Shown one piece after another: positions 48,786-62,480 of a stretch of 64,000 nt of DNA. The translations under genes were made by a program, and so were the position numbers. The stretch is taken from contig NC_043000.1 in assembly GCF_006345805.1 (NCBI RefSeq), forward strand, positions 127,906,001 through 127,970,000, given 5' to 3'. The stretch comes from Octopus sinensis (taxonomy: Eukaryota). How positions within the stretch are numbered: the first letter of the stretch is position 1; every line of letters begins with the position of its first letter. The notes beneath the pieces were generated by a model. That model saw only the letters and a program-made list of their open reading frames with translations, made no database searches and was not told where the DNA came from.

Positions 48786-49704
48786 AATCCTTAGCATAAT
48801 TTTGATACCTTGAAACATGACTCTTCCTCACAATGAAATTATTTCCATCCATCACATTAATATAGCACAGGCAGAGCTGAGCCGAAGCTGGTTCACATTT
48901 ATTCACACAAACCAGTTGTTAGAACTTTTTTTTAGAAATGAGAACTACTTGTTCACTTTCATGGCAGCTATTTTTGCTTCAAGGAAATATGCCCTATTTA
49001 TTCTCAGCTTAAGTACTTTTGCCATGCTAATTTCTACCGTAAGTATTTCACCATAAACTTTTTGTTGTCAAAAATATTCGCTGCAATATTTTAAAAATAC
49101 TTTTAAAATACAACTAAGGTACTATAGTTCAACTAATAAATAATCTAGTTCATAATCTACTTGTTACAAAATACCCTGTTTGTCAAATTATAAAAAGAAA
49201 AAAAACAATTACAATATAAGTTAACCATCAATAAAGCGTTTAAGTTTTTAATTAGTTCAGTCCTTTTCATTATTAAAGCTAATGCATTCTGAGTTCAAAT
49301 GCCATCATGGTCAACTTCGCCTTTCATCCTTTTGGGGTTGATAAAATAAGTACCAGCTAAACACTGAGGTTGATGTAACAAACTAGCTCCTCTCCCAAAA
49401 ATTTCAAGCCTTGTAAAAGAATTATTAATGTTATGTTTTTTTCTTTTTTGCTCTTTCCCTTTTTAATTTGATAAGCAAGGTATTTGTTTCTATTTATCTG
49501 TCCTTGTTTGTCCTCTCTGTGTTTAGCCCCTTGTGGATAGTAAAGAAATAGGTATTTGTTTCTAGCAAGCAGACAACAAAGCAATCTGCAAGTTCAAAGG
49601 TGATACTTTTTCTCAGAAATAGTATTTAATATGAATCTGCCAATCCATGTGATGGAGGTTTTTGAAGTAAAAGTATGAGAAAATATACGAGTGTTTATAT
49701 GCAA

Positions 49705-49741
<37 letters not shown>

Positions 49742-52525
49742 TGTTTGTGTATATGTGTATGTGATGGAGGTGAATATGTTTGATATATGTTCTTACTCCA
49801 CCTTTTGCCGTTTTGAAACTGACCCCCAGATCTGTTATTGCAAGCGAGCGTGTGCATGCACACAATTGTTTAAATATTGTTTTTATCCATCTTCCTGTTC
49901 ACTGCTATCCCATCGCACAATATTTTAATCAGAGCTGTATATCCCTGTAATTCTTTATTTTAGTATGTCATTGTAGCTGTATGTAGTTAACTGAAATAAG
50001 TTGTCTGGCTGCCTTCCTGCCAACTTTCTGATTTCATTTCACTTCCATGAATTCTCATCTTCTCATACCAAAATTCTTGCTTAGTATGCATCTCACAACC
50101 AAATGAACCCTTCAACTTTTTCCCCATCATTTCCTCAGGCTCACACAAGGAACAAGACTGGTGAAGCAACATATTCTACACTCCTCAAGACAAACTTTCC
50201 CATTCTTCTGAACTTCACATTGGCTGATTCTCACCAACAAAGACTGTCGTCAATTTCCAAAATACCCAAGAAGTTATTTAGAAATCTCTCCGTTATTAAT
50301 AAATGTTGGTTGGTTAATGCCTCCAGTCACATTTTACATCATATAGAGATATGGGAAAGAGTAAATGAGAGACAGAGAGTTAACATAAGAGGTGCAGGAT
50401 GAGTGCACATACTAGGCTTGTTGGCAGGTAATGAGTAAAGGAACACCACACCACACACACATACATAGTGAGAGAGAAAGAGAAGGAAGAGTGAATGATA
50501 GAATATATTTTTTTTTTTTTAAATTAAAATTCATTTCATCATTTTGCATAAGTACCAAGAAATTTGATAAAAATTAAATTATAAAAATATGTATGCCATA
50601 TTTTCTGATATTATCCATGGTAGCAAAATATATTTCCAATGTTATCCCATCACATGACAAATAACAGTCTAGTTATTAAAACAAAAAAAAAAGGAATGGT
50701 AAGGTAAATAAAAATGTTGAATTCTTTTTTTAAAAAAATTGAAAGAATGGAAGTACCGATATCTATGTTTCCTAACAATTCATTGTTATTGAAATTGAAT
50801 TTAATAAAAATTTCAGCACTATTAGATATTAGTATACCAAACTGCAAAATGCTTTCATTACCAAATACTTTCACTACTTCAAAAAACTTTTCTTAAAATG
50901 AAGCATATCTAGCACAAGTATTCAACAATCATTCCTAATGAACCACAATAGGAATTTTGCCTATCCTCCATACCACTAAGCACATAGACAATATTCAGTC
51001 CTTTTCATTTCATGTCAGTAATATATTGAAGAGATCGAATGGTACATCAAAACAGCTATTTGATAATTATTCGAAAGAAGTGATTACAGATGGGTACAGT
51101 AACATACAAGCATGCTGATCGTCAAGCATTTAAAAACATATTTATTGCTATATGCAAACAATATATTCTTCAAGAGTGTGTATCACTGATTTGCTGTTCT
51201 TAGAAGCCCAGTGTGTGACCACTGCTTGACAACCAGTGTTGGTGTTTACATCCCCATAACTTAGCAGCTAGGTAAGGGAGCTCAATAGAATAAATACCAG
51301 GCTTTAAATATATGTATATATATATATAATTACCCTGCACGGCCACAATCTAATTACTGAAACAAGTAAAAGATAAAGGATAAAGATACAAAAAAATCTG
51401 CTTTTAGAGCCTTTGATATGCTGTTTCCCATCCACTTTTTCATGCTTGCATAGGTTGGATGGAGTTTATCAAGGCAAACTTTTTACAGCTAGATGCCTTT
51501 CCTGTCACCAACCTTCACTTGTTTCCAAGCAAAGTAAAATTTCCCCATGAGCAGACATGCTTTCGCAGAATATTGGAAATGAAGAACACCACTTGTATGA
51601 CAGTGACACTCATTTACAACTATCACACAATGTTATGGCAAAGAGACACAAATACATACACAGACACATCTATAGTCTATATAAATAAACACACACAGAG
51701 CTTTTTTCAGTTTCCATCAACTATATCCAATCAGATGTCTTTCATGAACCAAGGCTACAGAAGAAGACATTTGCGCAAAGTGCCACACAGGGAGACTGAA
51801 CCCAAAGCCATGTGGTTAGGTAGCAAACTTCCTAACCACAAAGCACTAAAAAATGTATTTGAAAGACCCGGTAAGTAAAATGAGATCACAGCCGTAGCCA
51901 ACACCAGTGTCGCATAACCAGCCCATTTAAAAAGTACCTTTGAATCATCAGGCAACACGCCATGCTTGAGGAGACCTATTAAGTTGAGTAAAATCAAATC
52001 AAATGGAAATTGTAGCTGTGACTGATGCCAGTGCCGCCTGACTGGCTCCCATGCTGCTAGTGGCACGTAAAAAGCACCATCTGAATATTATTCAGTTGCT
52101 CTTGTTACTGAAAAGATTTCCCCAACCCTGACATAGAGAATCCCTCATTGACTCATACAATACAATTATCTATCATACTACATTGAGTATTATATAATTA
52201 GAATAAAGGTCCTTTTGGTCAAATATTTAAATGTGCTTGAACAGAGATGTGTAGATTTGTGCTGCATCCAAGAAGGTGAAGAGTAAGTTCTGCTAGGTTT
52301 CTCACAGGCAAAGAACATAAGTATAAGCTTTTCTGGGTAGAGAACACTGATGGGGTTGACTACCTTGATTACCTTATCAACCCCTTTCTCTGCAAGGAGA
52401 AATGGGTTAGGTAGCAAACTTCCTAACCACAAAGCCACACTTATGCTGCACTAAAAAATGTATTCGAAAGACCCGGCAAGTAAAATGAGATCACAGCCAT
52501 AGCCTACATTGGTGTCGCATAACCA

Positions 52526-53845
52526 GAGAGGGTCATAGTCCAACTAATTAGTGAGAGAGTTTAAACGAGATGCCGTTGGGTTTGTGCCAAGGAGAAGCTC
52601 TGCTAATGTTATATTTCTGGTAAGACAGCTCCAGGAGAAGTTCCTAGCCTAAGATAAAGCCCTGTACTTGGCTTTCATTGACATGGAGAAACACCTTTCA
52701 AAGGGTCACCTGATCCCTTATCTGGTGGTCAATGCAGAAACTAGAGATAGACGAGTGGTTGGGGAGAGCTGTACAAAACCTGTACAGGGATGCTGTCAGT
52801 AAGGTAAGGGTTAGCAACAAGTATAGTGAAGAATTCCGGGTAGAAGTAGGGGGTTCACCAAGGATCAGTCCTAAGCCCCCTCTTATTCATCATAGTCCTC
52901 CAGGCAATAACAGAGGAATTAAAGACAGGCTGCCCCAGGGAGCTCCTCTATGCTGATGACCTTTCTCAAATAGCTGAGTCACTACCAGAACTAGAGATGA
53001 AGTTTCAGGTGTGGAAGCAAGGTCTAGAATCAAAGAGCTTTAGAGTCAACCTAGCAAAAACCAAAGTCTTAGTAAGTAGGAAGGCAGACAAATCACAAAT
53101 CCCTTCAGGTAGATGGCCCTGCTCAATCTGTAGAAAAGGCATACGTAAAAACTCCATAAGATGTACCTGATGTAAGCTATGGACACATAAGAGGTGCAGC
53201 AATATCAAAGGAAGGTTAACTGGAATGATAGTTTTTGTGTGTGGCAGAGGCGTAGGGGCAACAAACACCGAAGATATACAGAAAATAGATTCCATCACAT
53301 GCCAGGGGAAAAAACTAGTTGATAGCTTCCATTACCTAGGTGACCAAGTCAGTAGCAAGAGTGGATGTCCTGAGAATGTAGCTGCTAGAATAAGAATAGC
53401 CTGGGCAAGGTTCAGAGAGCTCTTACCTCTGCTGGTAACAAAGGGTCTCTCACTCAGAATGAAAAGTAGACTGTATGATGCATGGCAGTGAAACATAGGC
53501 TGTGAAACATGCATAGGCTTGAAAGAAATGAAACTAGTATGCTCCACTGGATGTGTAATGTCTGAGCATACATGACAGAGTGTAAGTGCCCTGAGAGAAA
53601 AGTTGGACATAAGAAGCATCAGATGTGGTGTGCAAGAGAGACAACTGCACTGGTATGATCATGTGTTGCATATGGATGAGGACAGTTGTGTTAAGTGTCA
53701 CACCCTAACAGTGGTGAGAACCTGTGGAAGAAGTAGACCCAGTAAGATATGGGACGAGGTGAAGCATAACCTCCGAACATTGGGCCTCACAGAGACAATA
53801 AGTGACTGAGACCTTTGGAGATATGCTGTGCTTGAGAAGACCCAG
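52526..53845 (+). mobile_element. Degenerate RTE LINE, RT to 3' end
   Basis: MQKLEIDEW...YRDAVSKVRV; VDSFHYLG...RIRIAWARFRELLPLL; RQLHWYDHVLHM...CGRSRPSKIW. Confidence 0.85.
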
Positions 53846-56200
53846 TGAACCAAGTGAGATTGTAGCTGTGGTTGATGCTAGTGTCGCATAACCAGCCCAT
53901 TTAAAAGTACCCTTTAATCATCAGGCAATATGCTGTGCTTAAAAAAACCTGTTGAGTCAAGTGAAATCGCAGTTGTGGCTGATGCCAGTGCCGCCTAACT
54001 GCTGGCACATAAAAAGCACCGTTCAAGCTTGATCAATGCCAGTGCTGCCTGACTGGCCCCCATGCTGGTGGGACATAAAACGCACCCATTACACTCCCAG
54101 AGTGGATAGCATTAGGAAGGGCATTGAGATGTAGAAACCTTGCCAGACCAGATTGGAGCCTGGTGCAGCTTCCTGGCTCGCTAGTCTTCAGTCAAACCAT
54201 CCAACCCATGCCAGTATGGAAAGCAGACGTTAAACGATGATGGTGATGATCTTAGCCATTTAAAAACATTAGGTAGTCTTTCAGAGATAGCTATTTCAGA
54301 GATAGCTATTTTAACAAACTATTACTTTACATAAAGCAAAGTAAATGGCTGAATTGGCAGGATGACAAACAAAATATCTTGTGATATATAAATACATCAC
54401 TTTACATTCTAGTAAGTTCAAATCCTATTAGAGCCAACTTTACGTTTACCCCTCCAGGGTCCATAGCTTAATTGTTACTCAAGTACCAATGTAAATATCA
54501 TCAATAATACCTATCTCTCTCAAAAACACTTGTGGCTTACACCTGTTAGTCATCAACAGCATCATCAGTTCAGTAACCATGTGAGCTTTCAGGCCAAAAG
54601 TGATGACAATCAGCCTGTAACAAATTTTTCCAATGTGCTTTTTCTTTTTACAAGACAGATTCTAACAGATCATTGCTGTTATTTAATCACATTTCAGCAT
54701 AACTCCAGTAGGCTAATGATCAAAAGTGTTCCAGTCTTGACCATCTCATCTTTTATTTAGACAGTGTATCTGGGACTACATTATCTAATATGTCTTTTTT
54801 TTAAGGCAGTAAGGTGTAGTTTGATGTAGATTTGCTGCTATTTCTAACTGGTCAAGTAACCACAAAGATGCTCTCTCACTAGCTTGTTTATTAACTTATT
54901 GAGTAACTTTGAAGAGACTCATTCTACAGTGTAACTCTCAACTAAGTAGAGACATCATATAATTGGAACACAGTAGATGGCACCTTGCAGTTTGACTAGC
55001 TACCAACATGTCTACTGAGTCAGGATTGATGTGAAGCTAGAAAAAAAAATAGCTGTCACTTGCAAGTACAACCTGTAGCATACTTCTAATTGTTTTAAGT
55101 GCCAATGTAATCACTAGTGGACAGAGACACAGTCTTGACTCTCTATTTCATGATCCAATGGAACATAATGGACGTAACCCATAGAAGGAGAGAGAGAGCT
55201 GCACCTGTACATAGTAGACTAGAGCAACATGGAATGAAGTGTCTTGCTCAAAGACACAACATGCCGCCCAATCCAATTATCAAATTCACAGCCTTATGAT
55301 TGTGACCCCAACATCCCAACCAGTTAAGCCAAATGCTTTCCCAAAAGTTTTGATTTCATTCTAAACCCCTTTCATTTCTTCTCACTTCTGAACCCTATCT
55401 CTACCAGAACATAACTGTCTCTGCACCAATCAGATTGATCACTGCTTTATTGTGACCACCCAACACTGAAATCATCACACCTATGACACTAAGTCAATGG
55501 ACTGCCCAGTGCTCCACCAGTTCTATGCTAGTTATTCCTAGCAGGATGTGTGCTTCATCTCTGACCCACCAGACACAGTTAGGCAGGCAACTGCTACCAT
55601 CTTAGGTATGTCTCTCCACATCTCACACACAAAATCTTACAGTCCTAAATCCCCTAAATGGTTTACACATAACAGCACTGCAGTAGTTCAGGCAAAAAGC
55701 AAGGCTTAAAATACTTGGAGAAAATTCACCCACCCCTGCAAACTAGCCAGCAGTAACCCAGCATTGAAATTCATTATATAAACTGCAAAGAATGCCTTCA
55801 AGCATTGTACAACCTTTAATTTCTCCTGCATCCCTGAATGCAACCAATCTTTTTATTCTCTTACCAAAATGACTATAAATTTTTCAGAATACCCATTTCT
55901 CCACTTTTCAATGCTCAGGTGAGACCTACAATGGAGAACTGCTCCATATCTGCATCTAGAGAAAGGCCACTTGATTGATTGGCAAGCAATCACTCACAGA
56001 CATACTGTCTTCTTTCTGTCTTTTTCACTACTAGGCACTGGTTTGGCTGTGTAGTAAAAAAGTTTGCTTCCCACCATATGGTTTCAGGTTCAGTCCCACT
56101 ATATAACACTTTGGGCAAGTGTCTTCTACTATAGCCTCAGGCCAACCAAAGCCTTATCAGTGAATGGATTTGGTAGATGTAAACTGAAAAAAGCCTGTCA

Positions 56201-56231
<31 letters not shown>

Positions 56232-56509
56232 ATACACAGGCACTGGAAAGTAAATTTAATAGTATTGTTATGAGTAGATTTGGCTGGAGAGAATCAAGTG
56301 CTTTTTGGTGCTAAATTTGAAATCATGATACCAAATTAACTGCCATTCCTTCCTGCAATTTTGCAGAGGTAAGATCCAATTCTTATTCATTTAGTTTTTT
56401 TTTCTACCATACCTGTAAAAATCTAGTGATGATTACTGTGGCTTTGGAGCTCTTTATGACTCCTTTCCTTAGCAAAGCTGGTGCTTCTTAGTACCCTAAT
56501 TATATATAT

Positions 56510-56547
<38 letters not shown>

Positions 56548-56611
56548 TTACCTAAACAGTTTTATGCTTGCAGCCACTAATATTATTATTTATTATGAAT
56601 AATAATGTTCT

Positions 56612-56646
<35 letters not shown>

Positions 56647-58841
56647 ACCAGCACTTGACAACTGGTGCCGGTTTGTTTACATCTCTGAAACTTAGTGGTT
56701 TGGCACAGAGAGTGATAGTATAAGTACCAGGCTTTAAAAAATACCACGGTCAATTTGTTGGACTAAACTCAGTAGTGCCCCCCAGAAAAATAAAAGATAC
56801 TAATGCTCTTTGCTCCTTAGTACTGACTACTTCATGCCATCTCTTTAAATACTTTCAGCTCACTCACCTCTTTTTATCACTCATTGTGTCCAACTCTCCA
56901 GACTCTACACTAACCACTACATACAGTCCTTTCTCCACCAGAGTACAATCCCTCTAGAATTCTCTCACTATACATGTCTTCCCTGCAGACATCAACTAAC
57001 AACAATTTTAGTGGAATATTAACAACATCAATCTCACTGGTTTCAGAAGGTTTGCAAAGACAATGAGTAATGCTTTTTCATTGACCCTTAAATAAAAGAA
57101 TGGATCTTATGATTCAGGCATATAATTAAACATAGATTGCCACAGGGGCCTCACAACAGTACTAAATACGTTATATTAAAATAATTATAAAATAAAATAC
57201 AAACAAGACTTGATGAGCAGACTTACGCATTAATTCTTATATGACTGCTGAAAGCATTGCTGGGGTTTTGTTTTTTTTAGGACAGCTCATCTATCATTAG
57301 TCTCAAGCTGTCACCAAACACTCGCAAGTGGCTCATCATAGCGAATTGAAAAGTGACAACATAGGAATTGTCTTGGTGGATGGGTGGGTTAAACCTGATA
57401 ATTACAGCCCCCGTGAATCAGACTTGTGTATTCAGCATTACAAAGAATGTTTCAGCAGATCCAGCCACATAAAATTCATAGCCGAAAAAAGTTGTAAATG
57501 TAGGTTTCAATAGGCAGATAATCTCTGAGATGATGGAACAGTATGCCTTGTGATACATTAATAAGTTACAAAAGATTCTATTGTCAGCCTATCCAACCAA
57601 GGAAGTTGCTAGTCTTCGCTATTCTAATGGAAATGAGATTGACTGAGCAATGGCCCTTCTACTTTGAAACCCTTCTCACACTTATCATTGGGATTTCTGA
57701 CAAGCACCTCTCAGTTGTAACCACTTCATTCCACTAATGTTGCTTGTACTTTTAAAGAAGGCCTGTCACGTAACCTTATACATACAACTTGGGCTTGATT
57801 ACAGAAGCAATGTAATAAAACATCCTTTAATAAAGTTTAACTTGTTATAACATTCAAGAAAGAATTTTGAGTTATAGTTGTCCAATATTTTATGCTATGC
57901 ATCTGAGTTCAAATTTCACCGTTTATCCTTCCTAAAAATAAATAGGTACTAGTAAGCTCGGTGGAACCAAAAGAGTTAATATTATTCTTCACTTTTTTAA
58001 AATAAACTATTGTACTTGAAGAAAAATCCTATTTTGCCATTCACTGAATATAAATAATTGAGATTTCTAAATATAAAAACGAAAGGAGAGAACAAGACCA
58101 ATTTCTCTGAGTTTATAAAAAGAGTTTTAATGAAGTTTTATAGTTAATCATTAATATGATTATGACTTTGCCTGAAATTGTAAATGTGTTCAGTTACGAA
58201 GGCATTATTGAATTTCGAAATAGGGTCATAGATACGATGATATGCGTGTGAAAGTGGGAGGGGGTGTAACTTTATTCTGTATTTAAATGTACTCCAGGCT
58301 GAATCAAATTCAAATTACCACGATTTTGGAGGAGCTTTTTAGAAACTTTTCGATTGTTTGGTTAATTTTAAGGGACGGACAATACTTTATAAAGATACCC
58401 TAATGTTTTTACGGGAAAAAGTACAAGTATGTAAGTTGAGTGGCACCAACTCCCAAAAGAAAAACAGCTGTCATTGTTAATGACAACCGCAGCATAAAAT
58501 AAGACAAGGCCTGGCTATCACAAATTAATAACGAAGAAATATAGCCAATGTGTACTTAAATGTAAATAAGTATTGCAAATAGACCAAATAGGAGGGGGAA
58601 AAACAACACTACAAGTTAGATAGATCTACAGTTGTCAAAAATAACACATGATTTAAAACAATAAACAGTAATGTCGACAACAGCAAGAGTAACGATTCTT
58701 CGAGAGACATTAGTGTGTCCCTGAAAACAAATGCCACGAATGAGAAAGCATATCATAATATCTAAAGACAAAATCTAATTCGAAAATGTTAAAATAAATT
58801 CTAAACATATAGGAGAAGAGTAAATAAAGAACAATTCGTAC

Positions 58842-58872
58842 CTGTCTGCTTTTCCCGTAAGGAAGCTGACAT
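58842..58872 (-). CDS. SCFD1: SCFD1/SLY1 (Sec1/Munc18 family) coding exon 1, MSASLREKQT
   Basis: ATG at 58872, donor G|gtacga. Resembles the remembered vertebrate N-terminus ASIRERQTV. 31 nt, phase 1, joins exon 2 to make V. Confidence 0.9.
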
Positions 58873-59200
58873 CTTGCCCGTCCTGTTTACGACGCCTGCG
58901 TGAACGTGGCACAAAGAAGAGTTCCTAGTCAAGAGGAAACACTCTCATTCAATTGCACGTTACATTCCCTTTATAACGCACTTGTTGGCCATTATTGATC
59001 AGTATTATTATGCAATGGAATATGTTTTCCTCTAATTTCAGGAATTTCATTTCTATTCATTTTATATTGAGTAGAGGGAAACTTTTTTGTTGAGTTATTT
59101 ATATTCTGTAAAATCAAAATTTAACGGTTCGTTGCCCGCCACGTCAACAAATAATTCAGAATTTTTTTGAAAGTTCATTTTATTTTTCATTTTAAATTCC
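58873..59200 (-). promoter_or_regulatory. SCFD1 5'UTR/promoter, CpG-retaining, with ACGTGGC cores (XBP1/ATF6/CREB3-type)
   Basis: Directly upstream of the ATG; CpG denser than the introns; CCACGTCA at 59139-59146 and TGCCACGT (minus strand) at 58904-58911. Confidence 0.65.
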
Positions 59201-59524
59201 AATGAAATCAAAAATCACAACCGTCTGAATAATTAGTGAACAGAATTGAGTTACATTGGAAAGCTCACAGTTTTTCAATTGGAAAGAATGTCTCATTTAA
59301 ATGTCATTAATAATAGTTACAGTAATTCAATATTTTAAGTCGATTATTGAACAAGACATAACGTACTCAGCGACAACAATTTCTAGGACTTGTGTCTACA
59401 CATGTAAAAAATATAACTTCTTATTTAATATGTATAATATTCTGGTTGCCTTAAATAAAGTAATGAAATTTTTCATTCTTTGTAGTTCACTTTATTTTTC
59501 TTGTGACATGTTACACACACACAC

Positions 59525-59560
<36 letters not shown>

Positions 59561-60572
59561 CTTTTTACAAGAAAACTCCTAAGCCTTCATCGAGCTGTTA
59601 ACAGGCCGAAATTTCCTAAGTACATATACCTCACTGGCGATGCACCGGCATGGCCACAGCTTTAGAGCTGAAACGTGTAAAAGAATGTCTGTGTTCAAAG
59701 TAAAATTATAATGATTCTTCGTATATCATATTTCCTGATATTGCTTACGGTCGCAAATGAAGCTGGCGGAATCATTTGTACGGCGAGCGAAATCTTTATG
59801 TTTTAAGTTCAAATTCTGCCAACTCTGTCTTTCATCCCTTTGAAATCTATAAAATAAGTACCTTGGAAGCACTGGGGTCGTTCTAACCGATTTACTTCCT
59901 CCTCGAAATTGCCGGCCTTGTGCCAAAGTTTGAGACCAATATTGTTGTAAATCTAGTGATATATCCATGCGGAACAGTTTGATGTGAATTCTTAAGTTAA
60001 CGAATGTCATAGTGAAGGGGAAAAAATGTCATAGTAAAGGGGAAAAAATACTCTGTAAGCGAATAGCTTTCTTGAAAAGTATCCGAGGAAAATATTCATT
60101 AAAATACATATTAACCATTGCAGGACCTTTTTCACCTACAATCAACTACTCCGTCATTTACTCTCCCACCACCCGCTTCTTCTATCTCTATGATTCTTTC
60201 CCACTTTGTGCGTGTAGCATTCCTATACTCATTGCCTGCCATTAAACCTTGTATGTGCACTCATCCTTCATCTCTTATGTTAAACCTCTCTGTATCTCTT
60301 TTACCCTCTCTCCCTTCGAAACGCGGAGTAGACGAAACAGGGACAACTGAAGAAGGGGAATATTCCCTGTGTTGTATGTCTTGTACTCTGTTCTTTCGTT
60401 GTTTGAAAAATATTCCGTTTCCATGTTTTTGTTTTTATGCTTTCGTTTCTCATTGTGTTCAACGTTTTTTTTTTTATGTCCTGTACCCATATATGCATGT
60501 ATATATACATAGAGATGTAGGTATGTATATATGCATATATTTACATATTGTTATATATTGTTTATATCATTA

Positions 60573-61316
60573 TACTAGCAGCATAGCCCGGTGTTACTCG
60601 GTTATGTAAGAGCCCCTAGTAGGCAACGACTAATCCCAATCTAGTCCTTTCCCTCTAGGGAACGAAGGCGCATGTGTAGGTTGCAATGTCTTCTCTTCAC
60701 TCCCAAATGACTATCAAACAGCTATCAATAATTCAACCCAACCAATTCCTACCAGGAAGAAATTACATTCAAGACTTTACCCCCAACTGCTAATAGCTGC
60801 TAATAAAGTATCCTATTGGAATAAAAGGGGCCATGTAGCTCCTTGGAGCAGACATGATGCTCGCTGTGAATTTAAAAAAAATTCCTGCCAATTTGTGAAA
60901 GATATTGTCGAAAATATGTCATCTTGAATTTGAACGCAATTTCCCAAAATGGCATGATTTTATCGATTTTTTCTGATGGTAAGGTATTGCATGGAAAACT
61001 AACGTCAGAATTAAGTTTCTTAGGTAACATTAAGCTTCACCATGAGTTTGGTGAAAATCGATTGCAAGTTGCGAAAACTACAACAGAAAATGTGTTGCAT
61101 ATAAAAAGCTTAGATTCTCGACCCAAAGTCGAATTTATCGATTTTTTTCAGAACTGGGAGAACTTTTCAAAATTTTCGCTGCGTTAGTTTTGAATTATGA
61201 CATTGGGCTATGTGTGTGTCAAGTTTCATCAGAATCGGTTGGAAGCCGTGGTCAGGGTGAGGGTACAACCTAACAGACACACAGACAGACAAACTGCCGT
61301 TTATATAGAGAGAGAT
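60573..61316 (+). mobile_element. Non-autonomous Helentron/DINE-1-like (Helitron2) element
   Basis: 5' tactagcagcatagcccggtgttactcgg; 3' (acag)n microsatellite then aaactgccgtttatatagagagagat; CpG largely intact. Confidence 0.6.
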
Positions 61317-61350
61317 GATCGAATGCCACGCATCCTTTTTCAAGTAAGTT

Positions 61351-61381
<31 letters not shown>

Positions 61382-61569
61382 GGAGAGAGCATCCGTTTTA
61401 CATGCTGGCATGGGTTGGATGGCTTGACAGGGACTGATAAAGCCAGAGGCTGCACCAGGTTCCATAGTCAGTTTGGCTTGGCTTTTAAGGCTGAATGTCC
61501 TTCTGAACTCCAACCACTTTACAGTGTGTACTGGGCGCTTTTTAAGTGGCACCTTGCTTTTAGGATCGC

Positions 61570-62480
61570 AATTCTGTTATAGTGGGTGGGTCTTCTCAAA
61601 TACAGCAATGCACCATATATCTTTGTCCTCTGTCATCACCTTCATATGGTTTAGCATTCTGAGATTGGTCTTCAAAACTTCATCCCATGTCATCCTGAGT
61701 CTCCCTCTTCCACAGCTTTCCTCCACTTTAAGAGATCAGCACTTCTTTATGCAGCTGTCCCTATGTATCCGCATCACATGACCAAACTGGCGCAGTTCCC
61801 TCTCTTGCGTGCTGCATATGACTCGCCTTATGCCCAACTTCTCCCTTAATAAATCAATGCTCTGTTGTACATCCAGCAGAGCATACCAACTTTATTTCTT
61901 TCCAGCCTTTGCATCTCCTCCACATTCAGGGCCCACATCTCACTACCATACAGCATCACAGTTCATACACATGCATCATACAATCTTCCCTTTACTTGAA
62001 GTCAGAGACCTTTGGTTTCCAACAGAGGTAAAAGCTCTTTGAACTTCCTCCATTCTATTCTTATTCTAGCAATTACACTTTCTGTACAACCTCCTCCACT
62101 GCTTATTAGCTACAGCTTCCAGAGAATCACCAGGAAATTTGAGGAAATCAGTTTCCCATGTATCTGTAGTCTTTATGGCTCCCATGCATCTTCCACATAC
62201 AAACACTACTTTCTCTGTTAATCTTCCAACTGATCCACAACACTTCTTGTGTGTCCATAGCTTGCACTGGGTACAAATGGAATTTCTACCTATACTTTTC
62301 CTACATATCAAGCAGAGCCATTTACCTGATGTGTGGAGGGTTCTGTCCAATTTCTTACTTTCTGGGACTTTAGTCTTTGCTAGTTTTACTTTAAGACTCA
62401 TAAATTCCAGGTTCTGTTCCCACACCCGAAATTTCTTTTCTGTTACAAATTCTGCTATGAGAGCAAGATCCTCAGCATAT
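61570..62480 (-). mobile_element. Degenerate RTE LINE 3' part
   Basis: LKVKLAKTKV...CLICRKSIGRNSICTQCKLWTHKKC, the same family as 52.5-53.8 kb. Confidence 0.8.
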
